Below, piece after piece: positions 26,583-37,900 of a stretch of DNA of 64,000 nt. The stretch is from Planctomycetota bacterium (GTDB lineage: Bacteria; Planctomycetota; B15-G4): NCBI GenBank assembly GCA_965248575.1, contig CBDFJQ010000002.1, positions 3,584,001-3,648,000 of the forward strand, written 5' to 3'. A model generated the notes under the pieces. The model made no database searches and was not told the origin of the DNA. It saw only the letters and a list, made by a program, of their open reading frames with translations. The translations under genes and the position numbers were made by a program. Numbering within the stretch: position 1 is the stretch's first letter; each line of letters begins with the position of its first letter.

Positions 26583-28016
26583 ATGCCCCTCTCTCCCCCT
26601 CTCGATCGCTCGGTGTGCCTCGTATCCCTGGGCTGCTCCAAGAACCTCGTGGACAGCGAGGTGATGGCCGGGCACCTGGGCCGGGCCGGCATCGGGCTCA
26701 TGACGGACCCCGAGGACAGCGATCTGGTGGTGGTGAACACCTGCGGCTTCATCGGCGATGCCCGCCAGGAGAGCGTGGACACGATCCTGCGCTACGCGGA
26801 GATGAAGCGTGCGGGTGACATCCGGGGCCTGGTGGTCACGGGCTGCCTCGTGGAGCTGCACGAGAAGCAGCTGGCGCTCGAGATCCCCGAGGTGGATGCG
26901 TTCCTGCCCCTGAGCGACTACTCGGGGGTGCCCTCCGTGGTGGACGCCGTCCTGGGTCGCGCGCAGGGCGATGGGCCCAGCGGTGGCCTGGTGGACTTCT
27001 CGGGCGGCGGTCAGTCGCGCGCCGGTTCGCGTGCAGCGGGCGGGGCCTCCAAGGGCGGCTCGGCTGATCTGGGCCGTTCGCTGCTGACTCCGGTGCACAC
27101 GGCCTACCTGCGCCTGGGCGAGGGCTGCAATCACATCTGTGCCTTCTGCGCGATCCCGAAGATCCGCGGCAAGCTCCAGAGCAAGCCGCTGGAGGTCCTG
27201 GTGGAGGAGGCCAGCGCCCTGGCCCAGCTCGGAACCAAGGAGATCTCCCTGGTGGCCGAGGACAGCACCGACTACGGCAAGGACCTGCGCAAGGGCTACG
27301 GCCTGCCCGACTTGCTGCGTGAGCTGGGCGCCATCGACGGCCTGGAATGGGTGCGCGTGCTCTACGCCCACCCGGCCACCATGGATGATCACCTGGCGCG
27401 CACCATGGCCGAGACGCCCAACATCTTGCCCTACCTGGACATGCCCGTTCAGCACGGCGACGACACGGTGCTTCGCAACATGAGGCGCGGCACCACCGCG
27501 ACCCGCATCCGCCAGGTGGTGGGCGACCTGCGCTCCGCCATCCCGGACATCACCCTGCGCACGACCATCCTCGTGGGCTTCCCGGGGGAGACCGAGCGCC
27601 GCTTCGGGCATCTCATGGACCTGCTCGAGGAGTTGCGCTTCGACCGGGTGGGCTGCTTCGCCTACTCGCCCGAGGAGAACACCGAGGGGCCCAGCCTCGG
27701 CGGCCGGCCCAGTCGCAAGGTTGCCGAAGAGCGGCGCGACCAAGTCATGCGCTTCCAGCGCGACTTGCTGCAAGAGGCCAACAAGGCACGCGCCGGCAGC
27801 CACGAGAGGGTTCTCTTGGACGGCATCGAGGCCTTGGCCGGGACGAAGGCCTTCATGGGCATCGCTCGCAGCCGCCGGGACGCCCCCGAGATCGATGGCC
27901 AGGTCCTGGTCAGCCTGGATGCAACCCAGGCCCAGGCAGTTTCCCAAGGAGACTTCATGGACGTGAAGATCACGGGTGTTAAGGGGTACGACCTCGTCGG
28001 GATGCCTGCCTCTTGA
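26583..28016 (+). CDS. rimO: Ribosomal protein S12 methylthiotransferase RimO
   Basis: SLGCSKNLVDSE, NTCGFI, radical SAM CNHICAFC, GFPGET, DAPEIDG, TRAM tail. Confidence 0.96.
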   Translation: MPLSPPLDRSVCLVSLGCSKNLVDSEVMAGHLGRAGIGLMTDPEDSDLVVVNTCGFIGDARQESVDTILRYAEMKRAGDIRGLVVTGCLVELHEKQLALEIPEVDAFLPLSDYSGVPSVVDAVLGRAQGDGPSGGLVDFSGGGQSRAGSRAAGGASKGGSADLGRSLLTPVHTAYLRLGEGCNHICAFCAIPKIRGKLQSKPLEVLVEEASALAQLGTKEISLVAEDSTDYGKDLRKGYGLPDLLRELGAIDGLEWVRVLYAHPATMDDHLARTMAETPNILPYLDMPVQHGDDTVLRNMRRGTTATRIRQVVGDLRSAIPDITLRTTILVGFPGETERRFGHLMDLLEELRFDRVGCFAYSPEENTEGPSLGGRPSRKVAEERRDQVMRFQRDLLQEANKARAGSHERVLLDGIEALAGTKAFMGIARSRRDAPEIDGQVLVSLDATQAQAVSQGDFMDVKITGVKGYDLVGMPAS

Positions 28017-28618
28017 ACCTCCCTAACAAGATCACCCTGGGGCGTTTCGGCATCGCTTTGATCATGTTTGCGCTGCTGATCTGGACCGATACCTGCGCTG
28101 GACCCGACTGGTGGGTTCCAGCGGCCGCTGGAGGGATCTTCATCCTGGCCGTGGCGACGGATGCATTGGATGGTTACTACGCCCGAAAGTTGGGCCAAAT
28201 GTCCGACTTCGGGCGCATTGCAGACCCTGTGGTGGACAAGGTGATCGTATGCGGTGCGTTTATCTTCCTCGCATCTGCCGAATGGGCACGGGCCTACATT
28301 CCCGTTTGGATGGCCGTGCTCATCGTCTCCCGGGAGTTCCTCGTGAACGGCCTGCGGGGCTACATCGAGGCCAGGGGCGTCGCCTTCCCGGCGCGCTGGG
28401 ACGGCAAGCTCAAGATGATCCTGCAGTGCGTGGCCATTCCGGCGGTGTTCGTGGTTCGTACCGTGGATCTGGCCTGGGGCACCAGCGTGCCTTGGCTCTG
28501 GCAGTTCTCGGTGGGGCTGGCCTACATCTTCATCTGGAGTGCCTTCGTGCTGACGTTGGTCTCAGGCGCCCGTTACGTCACGGCCGCCGCCGAGGTGCTT
28601 CGAAAGTCCGACGCCTGA
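28013..28618 (+). CDS. pgsA: CDP-diacylglycerol--glycerol-3-phosphate 3-phosphatidyltransferase
   Basis: NLPNKIT, DALDGYYARK.G..SDFGRIADPVVDK, SREFLV.GLR, GKLKM. Confidence 0.92.
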   Translation: MNLPNKITLGRFGIALIMFALLIWTDTCAGPDWWVPAAAGGIFILAVATDALDGYYARKLGQMSDFGRIADPVVDKVIVCGAFIFLASAEWARAYIPVWMAVLIVSREFLVNGLRGYIEARGVAFPARWDGKLKMILQCVAIPAVFVVRTVDLAWGTSVPWLWQFSVGLAYIFIWSAFVLTLVSGARYVTAAAEVLRKSDA

Positions 28619-28770
28619 GCAGTCGGTGAGCCGGCGGGGGCAACCGGCAGGCAACCAAAGGAAGGGATGTGTGTCCGAGGTCCCTTCGCAGCACGTCGTG
28701 ACTATCATGGGCGGCGCCTGCTCTCGTCCTCGCCCCCGCCCCGCCCTCCTCTTCTCGACTCGGAGTCCCC

Positions 28771-30426
28771 ATGGCCCTCGAAGTGCGCCAGATCAAGGGC
28801 ATGCCGCTGGCGGCCAAGATGGCGGTGATCATCTCGGTGATCGTGGCTGTCTTCATGCTGGTCTTCGGCTTTGTGCTCGTGGGCAATGTCGGTGAGACGG
28901 TCTTGGCCGAGGTGCAGCGCGCGGCGGCGGATGCGGCGCGCACCGCGGCACAGGCCGACATGGCTGCCTGGACGCCCAACTTCAACACCGTCGACCAGGG
29001 GCTCAGCCGGGAGCAGGTGCAGGCCAAGGTGGATGCCATGTCGCCCTACGACTTTCGGGTCTATGACACCGACGAGGCGCGCCGGGCACAGATCGCCTGG
29101 AACCGCGGCCGCTTCGCGCGCTTCTTGGGCGAGGGCACGTCCGTGGTGGCGGTCGAGCTCTTCCGCTGGGGCAATGGCCGGCGCGGTGCTTTGGTGGGCG
29201 CCTCCTATGTGGACGAGGAAGGGCGCACCCAGGACACGAGCTTCGCCCCGGGGCAGGGCCGGGCGGAGCTGTCCTTCGAGAAGGGTCGCGCCCAGGAGGG
29301 CCTGCTCACCGCGGGCGCCGAGACCTGGCATGTGATCCGTGGCAGCTACCCCATCGAGGACCGGACAGGGGAGCAGACTGGCGAGATCGCCATCCACATG
29401 AACGCGGCAAGCGCCAACCAGGCCACGGACCAGTTCAAGTTCAAGGTGGCCTACGCGGGAATGCTGTTCGTGCTGCTCGGGGCGGGGCTTTCGTTTGTCC
29501 TGGGGCGGCAAATCACGCGTCCGGTGCGCCTGTTGCAGGACGACATCCGCGCCGTGGCGTCCGGCGATCTCAAACACCACACGAAGCCCCACAGCTCCGA
29601 CGAGATCGGGCAGCTGGCGCGCACCTTCGATGCCATGACGCGCAGCTTGGCGGAAGCGGCCCAGGGCCAGAAGGCCGCGGCCGCCTCTCAACGGGAGCTG
29701 GCCGTGGCGGCCGAGGTGACGGGCAGCTTGTATCCGCGCAGCTTTCCACACATGCCCGGTTGGGCGGCGTCCGGCGTGCACGACACCTCGGGTGCGCCCG
29801 GCGGCGGAACCTACGACGTCCTGGAGATGCCTGGTGGGCGCTGGGGCTTCGTGGTGGCCGAGGCCTCTGGCACAGGAGTGCCGGCGGCGCTGGTGACGGC
29901 CATCACCCGCTCGACCTTGCGGGTCATCGCCGAGCGGGAGACGGACCCCGGTGCGGTCCTGCGTGAAGTGAACGCGCGGGTCTCAGCCGACTTGCCCCAG
30001 GGGATGTACGTCACGGCCTTGTTGGCGGTCATCGACCCCGCCACGGGCAAGACGGCCATCGCGAATGCTGGGCACCCACCGCTGCTTCACCAGCATGCTG
30101 GCATCGACGGTATCGAAGCGGTGCTCAGCGAAGGCATCGCCCTCGGTTTCGATGACGGCCCGGTGTTCGACCAGACCTTGAAGGTGGCCGAGACGGTGCT
30201 CGAGCCCGGTGACAAGGCGCTGCTCTATTCCTCCGGGTTGGCGGGCTTGTCCGGAGGCCAGGGCCAGGTGCTGGGCGAGGAGCGCTTCGCCGCCCTCGTG
30301 AAACGCGAGGCCCAGCGGGACGTCGAGACCATGATGAAGCGTATGGATGCGACCCTGCGCAAGTTCCACGGCCGGGACAGCCTGGGCCCGGACGTCACCT
30401 TGCTCTGCTTTGGACGGGATGCGTGA
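28771..30426 (+). CDS. Membrane sensor with HAMP domain and SpoIIE/RsbU-like PP2C phosphatase domain
   Basis: Two TMs, HAMP (DEIGQLARTFDAM), NAGHPP. Metal ligands look degenerate (GGGTYD, VAEASG, LYSSGL, PDVT), so it may be inactive. Confidence 0.85.
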   Translation: MALEVRQIKGMPLAAKMAVIISVIVAVFMLVFGFVLVGNVGETVLAEVQRAAADAARTAAQADMAAWTPNFNTVDQGLSREQVQAKVDAMSPYDFRVYDTDEARRAQIAWNRGRFARFLGEGTSVVAVELFRWGNGRRGALVGASYVDEEGRTQDTSFAPGQGRAELSFEKGRAQEGLLTAGAETWHVIRGSYPIEDRTGEQTGEIAIHMNAASANQATDQFKFKVAYAGMLFVLLGAGLSFVLGRQITRPVRLLQDDIRAVASGDLKHHTKPHSSDEIGQLARTFDAMTRSLAEAAQGQKAAAASQRELAVAAEVTGSLYPRSFPHMPGWAASGVHDTSGAPGGGTYDVLEMPGGRWGFVVAEASGTGVPAALVTAITRSTLRVIAERETDPGAVLREVNARVSADLPQGMYVTALLAVIDPATGKTAIANAGHPPLLHQHAGIDGIEAVLSEGIALGFDDGPVFDQTLKVAETVLEPGDKALLYSSGLAGLSGGQGQVLGEERFAALVKREAQRDVETMMKRMDATLRKFHGRDSLGPDVTLLCFGRDA

Positions 30427-30743
30427 AGGTCTCCGAGTTCCAGCAGCTGATCGAGAAGCTCTATGGCGCCAAGGACGGGGCCCGGGGCACGGAAGGCACC
30501 TTCATGTGGTTCGCCGAGGAAGTGGGTGAACTGTCCCGGGCCCTGCGCCGGGGCGATCGGGAGAACCTCGAGGCGGAGTTTGCGGACGTCTTCGCGTGGT
30601 TGTCGACTTTGGCCTCCATGAACGGCGTGGACCTCGAACAGGTGGCGGCGGCCAAGTACGGGGCAGGCTGCCCACGCTGCGCGTCGACGCCTTGCGCCTG
30701 CGCAGAACCCGAGCCGGCGCACGGCGCGCCGTCCCATGCCTGA
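30423..30743 (+). CDS. MazG-like nucleotide pyrophosphohydrolase with C-terminal CxxC..CxC
   Basis: WFAEEVGELS, EFADVFAWL, KYGAGCPRC...CAC. Confidence 0.88.
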   Translation: MKVSEFQQLIEKLYGAKDGARGTEGTFMWFAEEVGELSRALRRGDRENLEAEFADVFAWLSTLASMNGVDLEQVAAAKYGAGCPRCASTPCACAEPEPAHGAPSHA

Positions 30744-33309
30744 GAAGAAGGCAGCGAGCCAGGCCGGTGCCGATCCCGGTACAGGTCCCGGTACAGGGGC
30801 CGAGTCAGGAGTGCCCTTGCTGGCCTCGGTGGCTCCGCCTGTGCCGGTTGGCGGCTTGTTCGACTACACGGTCCCCGAGCGCTTCGCCGAGCAGGTGGTG
30901 CCCGGCGTGCGTGCCATGGTGCCCTTCGGTGGGCGCAGCCTGTCCGCCATGGTGGTGCACGTGGCGCGCAAGGCACCGCCAGCGGGCGTTCGGCTGAAGG
31001 CCCTGCAGCGCCTGGTGGACGACATCCCGCTCGCCGGCCCAGACATCCTGCGCCTGGGTGAGTGGATGGCCCAGCGCCTGGGTTGTTCGGTGGGCGAGGC
31101 GCTGGACGCCGCCTTGCCGAAGGCCGCTCGGGACGGGCGCGGTGGACGCATGCTGGAGCAGGCACGTCTGGCCATGGACGTGCGCGCCGCCCGTCCCCTG
31201 GTGGACGAACTCCAGGCGAAGCATGAGAAGCAGGCGCGGGCGCTACGCATCCTGGCAGACAAGGGTGGCCTGGTGCCGACCCGCGAGCTCATGAACCTGG
31301 CGCACATCAGCCGTTCGCCGATCCAGAGCCTGGCCAAGGCGGGCTACGTGACCCTGGAGCGCGTGCGCGCACGGCACGACCCGCACGCCGACGAGCAGGT
31401 GCCCCGTCGACCCGCGCTGACACTGACCGCGGAGCAGGCTCGAGTGCACGACCACATCGTCGAAGCGCTGCGCCTTGACGAAGCTGAACCCGAACCACCG
31501 CGACCGATCCTGCTGCACGGAGTGACGGGCAGTGGCAAGACCGAGGTCTACCTGCAGGCTTTGGACAAGGTGGTGCAGGCGGGTCGGCAGGGCATCGTGC
31601 TGGTGCCAGAGATCAGCCTGACGCCTCAGACTGTTCGGCGCTTCCGGGAGCGCTTCGACCGCGTGGCGGTGCTGCACAGCCACCTCACGGACGCCGAGCG
31701 CCACGACCAGTGGCGGGCCATCCGCAAGGGCGAGGCCGATGTGGTGGTGGGCGCCCGCTCGGCGGTCTTCGCGCCGGTCCCGAAGCTGGGGCTGATCATC
31801 CTCGACGAAGAGCACGAGACGAGCTTCAAGCAGGGGAATGTGCCCCGCTACCACGCCCGGGACGTGGCCGTGGAGCGTGCGCGGCTGACGGGGGCCCTGG
31901 TGCTGCTGGGCACGGCGACACCCTCCCTCGAGACGTTCCAGCGCGCAAAGGACGGGCACTACGAGCGCCTGGCCCTCGACGAGCGGGTGGCCGGGGGGCG
32001 CACCCCCGAGGTGGTCATGGTGGATCTCACCATCGAGGAGCGCCGGAGTGGCTTTGCCTACATCAGCGATGCCCTGCGTTCGGCCATGGATGACGTCTTG
32101 GCCCGCAGGGGCCAGGTGATCCTGTTCCTGAATCGTCGCGGTTGGTCACCGGTCCTGTTGTGCCGGACGTGCCGGGCCGCCCTGCGCTGCCCCGACTGCG
32201 ATGTGTCCATGACCCTGCACAACCGGGCGCAGCGGGTGCTGTGCCATTACTGCGGGCATGAAGAGCCGCCGCCCACGCAATGTCGTACGTGCGGGCAGCG
32301 CTTGTCACCGCTGGGCTTCGGCACCGAGAAGGTGGAGGCGGAAGTGAAGCAGACCTTCCCCCACGCCCAGGTGGCGCGCATGGACAGCGACACCATGTCC
32401 GGCCGCGGGGCGCACCAGACGGTGCTGGATGCCTTTGGCGCCGGCAAGGTCGACGTGCTGGTGGGCACGCAGATGATCGCCAAGGGGCTCGACTTCCCGA
32501 ACGCGCTGCTGGTGGGTGTGCTCTGCGCGGACTCGGCGCTCTTCTTGCCCGACTATCGCGCAGCCGAGCGCACCTTCCAGTTGATGGCGCAGGTGACAGG
32601 TCGCACGGGTCGCGGGCCCAAGGGCGGGCGGGTGGTGGTGCAAGCCTACGACCCGCGGCACTTCGCCATCCGCACGGGGGTGGAGCAGGACTACACGACC
32701 TTCGCGCGCAACGAGCTGGAGGAACGGGACGCCATGGGTTACCCGCCCTTTGGGCGCCTGATCCGGGTGGTGGTGCAGGGGCCCGAAGAGCTCGAGGTGA
32801 CGAAGCGGGCCGTCGAGCTGGGGCGGGCCATGCGGGCCGCCATTGGCCGGCCGGACCCGGCCGAAGCGGCTGAGCAGGCGGCGGCGGAAACGGCCTCTCG
32901 AGCGGCTGGAGTGGAGCGAGCTGCGGCCCCCAAGCAGCCTGGCAGCCGGCGCCCGGGCCGCTCCAAGCCAGCGGCCTCCGAGAACCTGCTCTTCCCCGAC
33001 GCGCACACCATGCCCGACCCAGTAGCGCCGCCTAGCAGGGAGATCGAGGTCACGACCTCCGAGCCGAAGCCGCGCCGCCGCCGGGGCCCGGCGGAGATCG
33101 TGGTGCCGGACGAGCCCCTCGATGTGGTCATTCTGGGGCCGGCGCCCGCCCCCATCCCGCGCATCAACAAGCAGCACCGGGTGCATCTGGTGGCCAAGTG
33201 TGCCGACGACTCGGGGGTGGACGCCTTGCTCAGGGCCTTGGTGGGGCGCACTCAGCCGGTGCGAGCCATGCGCGTCCTGGTGGACGTGGACCCCATGAGC
33301 ATGTTGTAG
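30736..33309 (+). CDS. priA: Primosomal protein N' (replication restart helicase)
   Basis: HGVTGSGKTEVY, DEEHE, RYHARDVA, two CxxC pairs, GTQMIAKGLDF, DVDP. Confidence 0.97.
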   Translation: MPEKKAASQAGADPGTGPGTGAESGVPLLASVAPPVPVGGLFDYTVPERFAEQVVPGVRAMVPFGGRSLSAMVVHVARKAPPAGVRLKALQRLVDDIPLAGPDILRLGEWMAQRLGCSVGEALDAALPKAARDGRGGRMLEQARLAMDVRAARPLVDELQAKHEKQARALRILADKGGLVPTRELMNLAHISRSPIQSLAKAGYVTLERVRARHDPHADEQVPRRPALTLTAEQARVHDHIVEALRLDEAEPEPPRPILLHGVTGSGKTEVYLQALDKVVQAGRQGIVLVPEISLTPQTVRRFRERFDRVAVLHSHLTDAERHDQWRAIRKGEADVVVGARSAVFAPVPKLGLIILDEEHETSFKQGNVPRYHARDVAVERARLTGALVLLGTATPSLETFQRAKDGHYERLALDERVAGGRTPEVVMVDLTIEERRSGFAYISDALRSAMDDVLARRGQVILFLNRRGWSPVLLCRTCRAALRCPDCDVSMTLHNRAQRVLCHYCGHEEPPPTQCRTCGQRLSPLGFGTEKVEAEVKQTFPHAQVARMDSDTMSGRGAHQTVLDAFGAGKVDVLVGTQMIAKGLDFPNALLVGVLCADSALFLPDYRAAERTFQLMAQVTGRTGRGPKGGRVVVQAYDPRHFAIRTGVEQDYTTFARNELEERDAMGYPPFGRLIRVVVQGPEELEVTKRAVELGRAMRAAIGRPDPAEAAEQAAAETASRAAGVERAAAPKQPGSRRPGRSKPAASENLLFPDAHTMPDPVAPPSREIEVTTSEPKPRRRRGPAEIVVPDEPLDVVILGPAPAPIPRINKQHRVHLVAKCADDSGVDALLRALVGRTQPVRAMRVLVDVDPMSML

Positions 33310-33405
33310 GGGCAGATCTCGGTTTCGCGGGACTCCCACGCGTGACGGGGGGCCAATCGTTCTTACAATCTGACGATTCGCCCCGATGATGAGGAGCCCG
33401 CCGTT

Positions 33406-34779
<1,374 letters not shown>

Positions 34780-34928
34780 GCCCGGCCTGCGATACAACCG
34801 GGTGAGAGAGAGGCGTCGATCGGCGATCGACCGGGGCCCTCGTAGGAATCAACAGTGAAGCGAGCGCCCTCGCTCCGAGTGCGTCTTCGCAGCGCATTCA
34901 ACATGGAGTGGTGGCGATGGCAATTGGG

Positions 34929-37900
34929 ATGCGTGGCAGGTCCGGCTCTAGCGGAACATCGAAGCAAGGGCGTGTGCACGGGGGCCGCGTTGCCCTGCTC
35001 GGTCTCTTGGGCCTCGTGTCCGCGTGCGCTTCCGATGCTGCACCGACGAAAGTCGCGGGCATCCCCGAGCCTCCGTCCGCCATCGCCGAGATGGTGGGCG
35101 TGCGACTCCAGGGCCTGCGCTGGGGTGAGGCCTCGCCGGAACTGCCCGGCAGCGAACAACGTTTCGCGCTCCTGCTGGGCGGTGGGTCCGGTGGCGGACC
35201 CAACGCCGAGAGCACGAGCGCACAGACGGGATTTGTCGAAGCCAACTTGCAGCGCGTGCGCGAGGTGCTCACGGAGTGCTGTCATGTAGCGCCGAACGCG
35301 CAGACGGCCCTGAGCGGAGAGGCCCTGGACGCCGCTGCGGTGCAAGCAGCCATCGCCGACGTGGTGAGCCGTGCCAAGAGCCCCGAGCTGCTGCTGATGG
35401 TGTATCTCAGCGGCCAGGCTGTGGTGGATGAACGCGGTGAGGTGCACTACCTCACGGCGCACTCCCGCCAACGGCTGGATGGGCAATGGGAAGGCAGCCT
35501 CACACGGGCCCAGCTGGCCGGCTGGTTGAGCGAGGCGTCGGAACAAGTGGCCGAGGGAGGCAACAGCCTGCGCACGGTCTTGGTGACGGACGTGGTCCGC
35601 CCGGCACGCAGCATCCAGACACCCGGGGTGGCCCTGCAAGGCCGCAGCGGCTGGGAGCTGCACGCGAGCGAGCACGGGCGTGCGGGGATGGTGTCCGCCG
35701 TGCGCCGGGATGCCGCGCAGGACGGCGGCGCCCGGGCCGCCACGCCCTTCACGGAAGCCTTCGTGCAGAGCCTGGAGAGCCTGGCCAAGGAAGGCCGAGC
35801 CGCGCCGGTGAGCCTCGTGCTGGAACGCACCCGTTCGGCCTTGGTGTCCCAAGGGGCGGGGCACCCCACGCCTGAGCTGGTGCGCCCGGAATCCTGGATG
35901 GGCCAGCAGCCTCGCTTGGTGGCACCGCGCCGCATCAGCTGCTCGGTGGTGGTGCTGGATGCCCTCAACGATGAGCCCGTGCGGGATGCGCACCTGAGCG
36001 TGGACTCGATGAGCCAGGCGCGGGGGGACGGGCCGTTGCCCATGGCCCAGCTGCCGGGGCGCCATCTGCTGCGCGTCTCTGCGCCGGGCTTCCTGACCCG
36101 CGTCGAAGAGTTCGTGGTGGATGTGGAGCGTTCCGGCCGCCCGCTGGAGGTGCGCTTGTTGCCCAATCTCGTGCAGGTGAAGGGTTGGGTCAGTCCGCCC
36201 GGCAACGTCACCGTGAGCGTGGACGGCTTGCCCGAGAGCGCCATCCGCGAGGGCTTTCACGTGGTGCGCGCAACCGCCAGTGAAGATGGCAGCTTCCAGC
36301 TGCGGCTGCCCGCCGTGGGCCCCGAGGTGAAGCTCGTGGTGAGCCGTGGCAGCAAGGCCATTGTGCGCAAGCCGCTACCGGTTGCACCGGAGCGCTACCT
36401 GAACGGCCCCGACGATGTCCTGGAAGGTCTCGGGCTCATGGACCTGGGCCCCGTGCGCATGCCCGACGGCCATCCCATGGATCTGTTGCACGCGGCCGCG
36501 GATGAGTTGGAGCGGGCGGGGGGCGCCGGTGCCCTGCCCGTGCCGTCGGGCTTCGACGACCCCAGCGAACTGGTGGCCCCCGTCTGGTTTTCGGAGCAGG
36601 ACAGCGAGCGCTGGAAGTCGTTCCGGGTGGCGGTGAAGGCCTTCGATTGGAACCCGGCCCTGGCGCATCTGGAGGCTTTGTCCCCGCGCATGGACCCGAC
36701 CTTGGCGGAGGCTTGGCGCGGTTGGGTGGAGCTGAAGGTCTGCGCCGACCTGCCCGAGGTCGCCCTGATCGAAGCGCGCCGGGAGACCATGCCGAGCAAC
36801 CGGCCGCTGTTGCGGCTAGCCCTGACGTCCCGGGTCCTGGCCGCGTATCTCGAGCGCGCCTCGGCCTGGGCCAGCACGGGTGACGCGCAGACCGTGGCCG
36901 CACTGCAGGCCGTGCCGCTGTCCTTGCTCGACGACGAGGTCGGCCCCTATCGGGACTCCCTGGCCCAGGCCGTGGAGCAACGCAGCTACGGCATCGCGGC
37001 GACGCTTCTGTTGCGCCTGGCTGAGGAGAGCCGCTGGACCGACGCGCTGGACGCCATGGCGAGCTTGGGTGCCAATGGCACCTGGGGCACGCTGGCATTC
37101 GTCGAGATGCGCCGTGAGGCGCTCGCCGCCTCGCTCGAGGCAGAGCTGGATACGGCCTTGGGTGAGGGCCTGGCGGCTCAAGATTGGCGCCGATCGGATC
37201 GCATCCTCAACTGGATGACCTTGCACGGCGAGCGCTTGGGGCTGAACAGCACCCGGGCGCTGCTGGCCTTCGCGGAGCGCATCGCGGTGGAGCGTGTGCC
37301 AGCCGATGTGCATGAACTCTACGAGCAGGCGCAGGGCGCTTTCCTGGAGGGGCAGACCGTCGAGGCGGATGTGCTCTACGGGCAGTTGGAAGGGCGCATG
37401 CGTGAGCGCTACACCGACTATGTGCTGTCGCAACGGGACCGGCTCGGCCCGCAGCTGTATGTGCGCCACGCCAAGGAGGCCGAGAGCCTCGAGCTGGAGG
37501 GGCGCCTGGACGAGGCCGCTGCAGCCTACGGGCGAGCGCTGTCCTTTGATCGCCGGGCGGCCGCAGACCTGCTGCGCCTGGGTCGGGCGACCCCGGGCGT
37601 GCAGCTGGTGACGGCTGATGGTCGGGCCGGTTACTCAGACATCGGCAGCGCCTTGGCTCAGTCCTTGCCGGGTGCCGCCGTGTTGGTGGGGCCGGGTGTC
37701 TACACCGAGAGCCTGACCCTGAAGGGTTCCCGCGTGTTGCTCGGCGTGGGTGGCGACGTGGACATCGTGTCGCCCAGCGGCGCGGCCCTGAGCGTGGAAG
37801 CTGGCTCCGATGTGGAGGTGAGCGGTGTCACACTGCGCAGCCGCAGCCCGGGCGTGGCCACCGTGCGACTCCAATCGGCCAGCTTGCTCTTGGACGCCTG

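Noticed and set aside
28619..28770. Hairpins (GAAGGGA/TCCCTTC) before the HAMP-PP2C gene as a riboswitch or tRNA
   Set aside because: No recognisable aptamer consensus or cloverleaf.
30775..30797. Tandem CCCGGTACAGG x2
   Set aside because: Two copies inside priA's low-complexity N-terminus; not an array.
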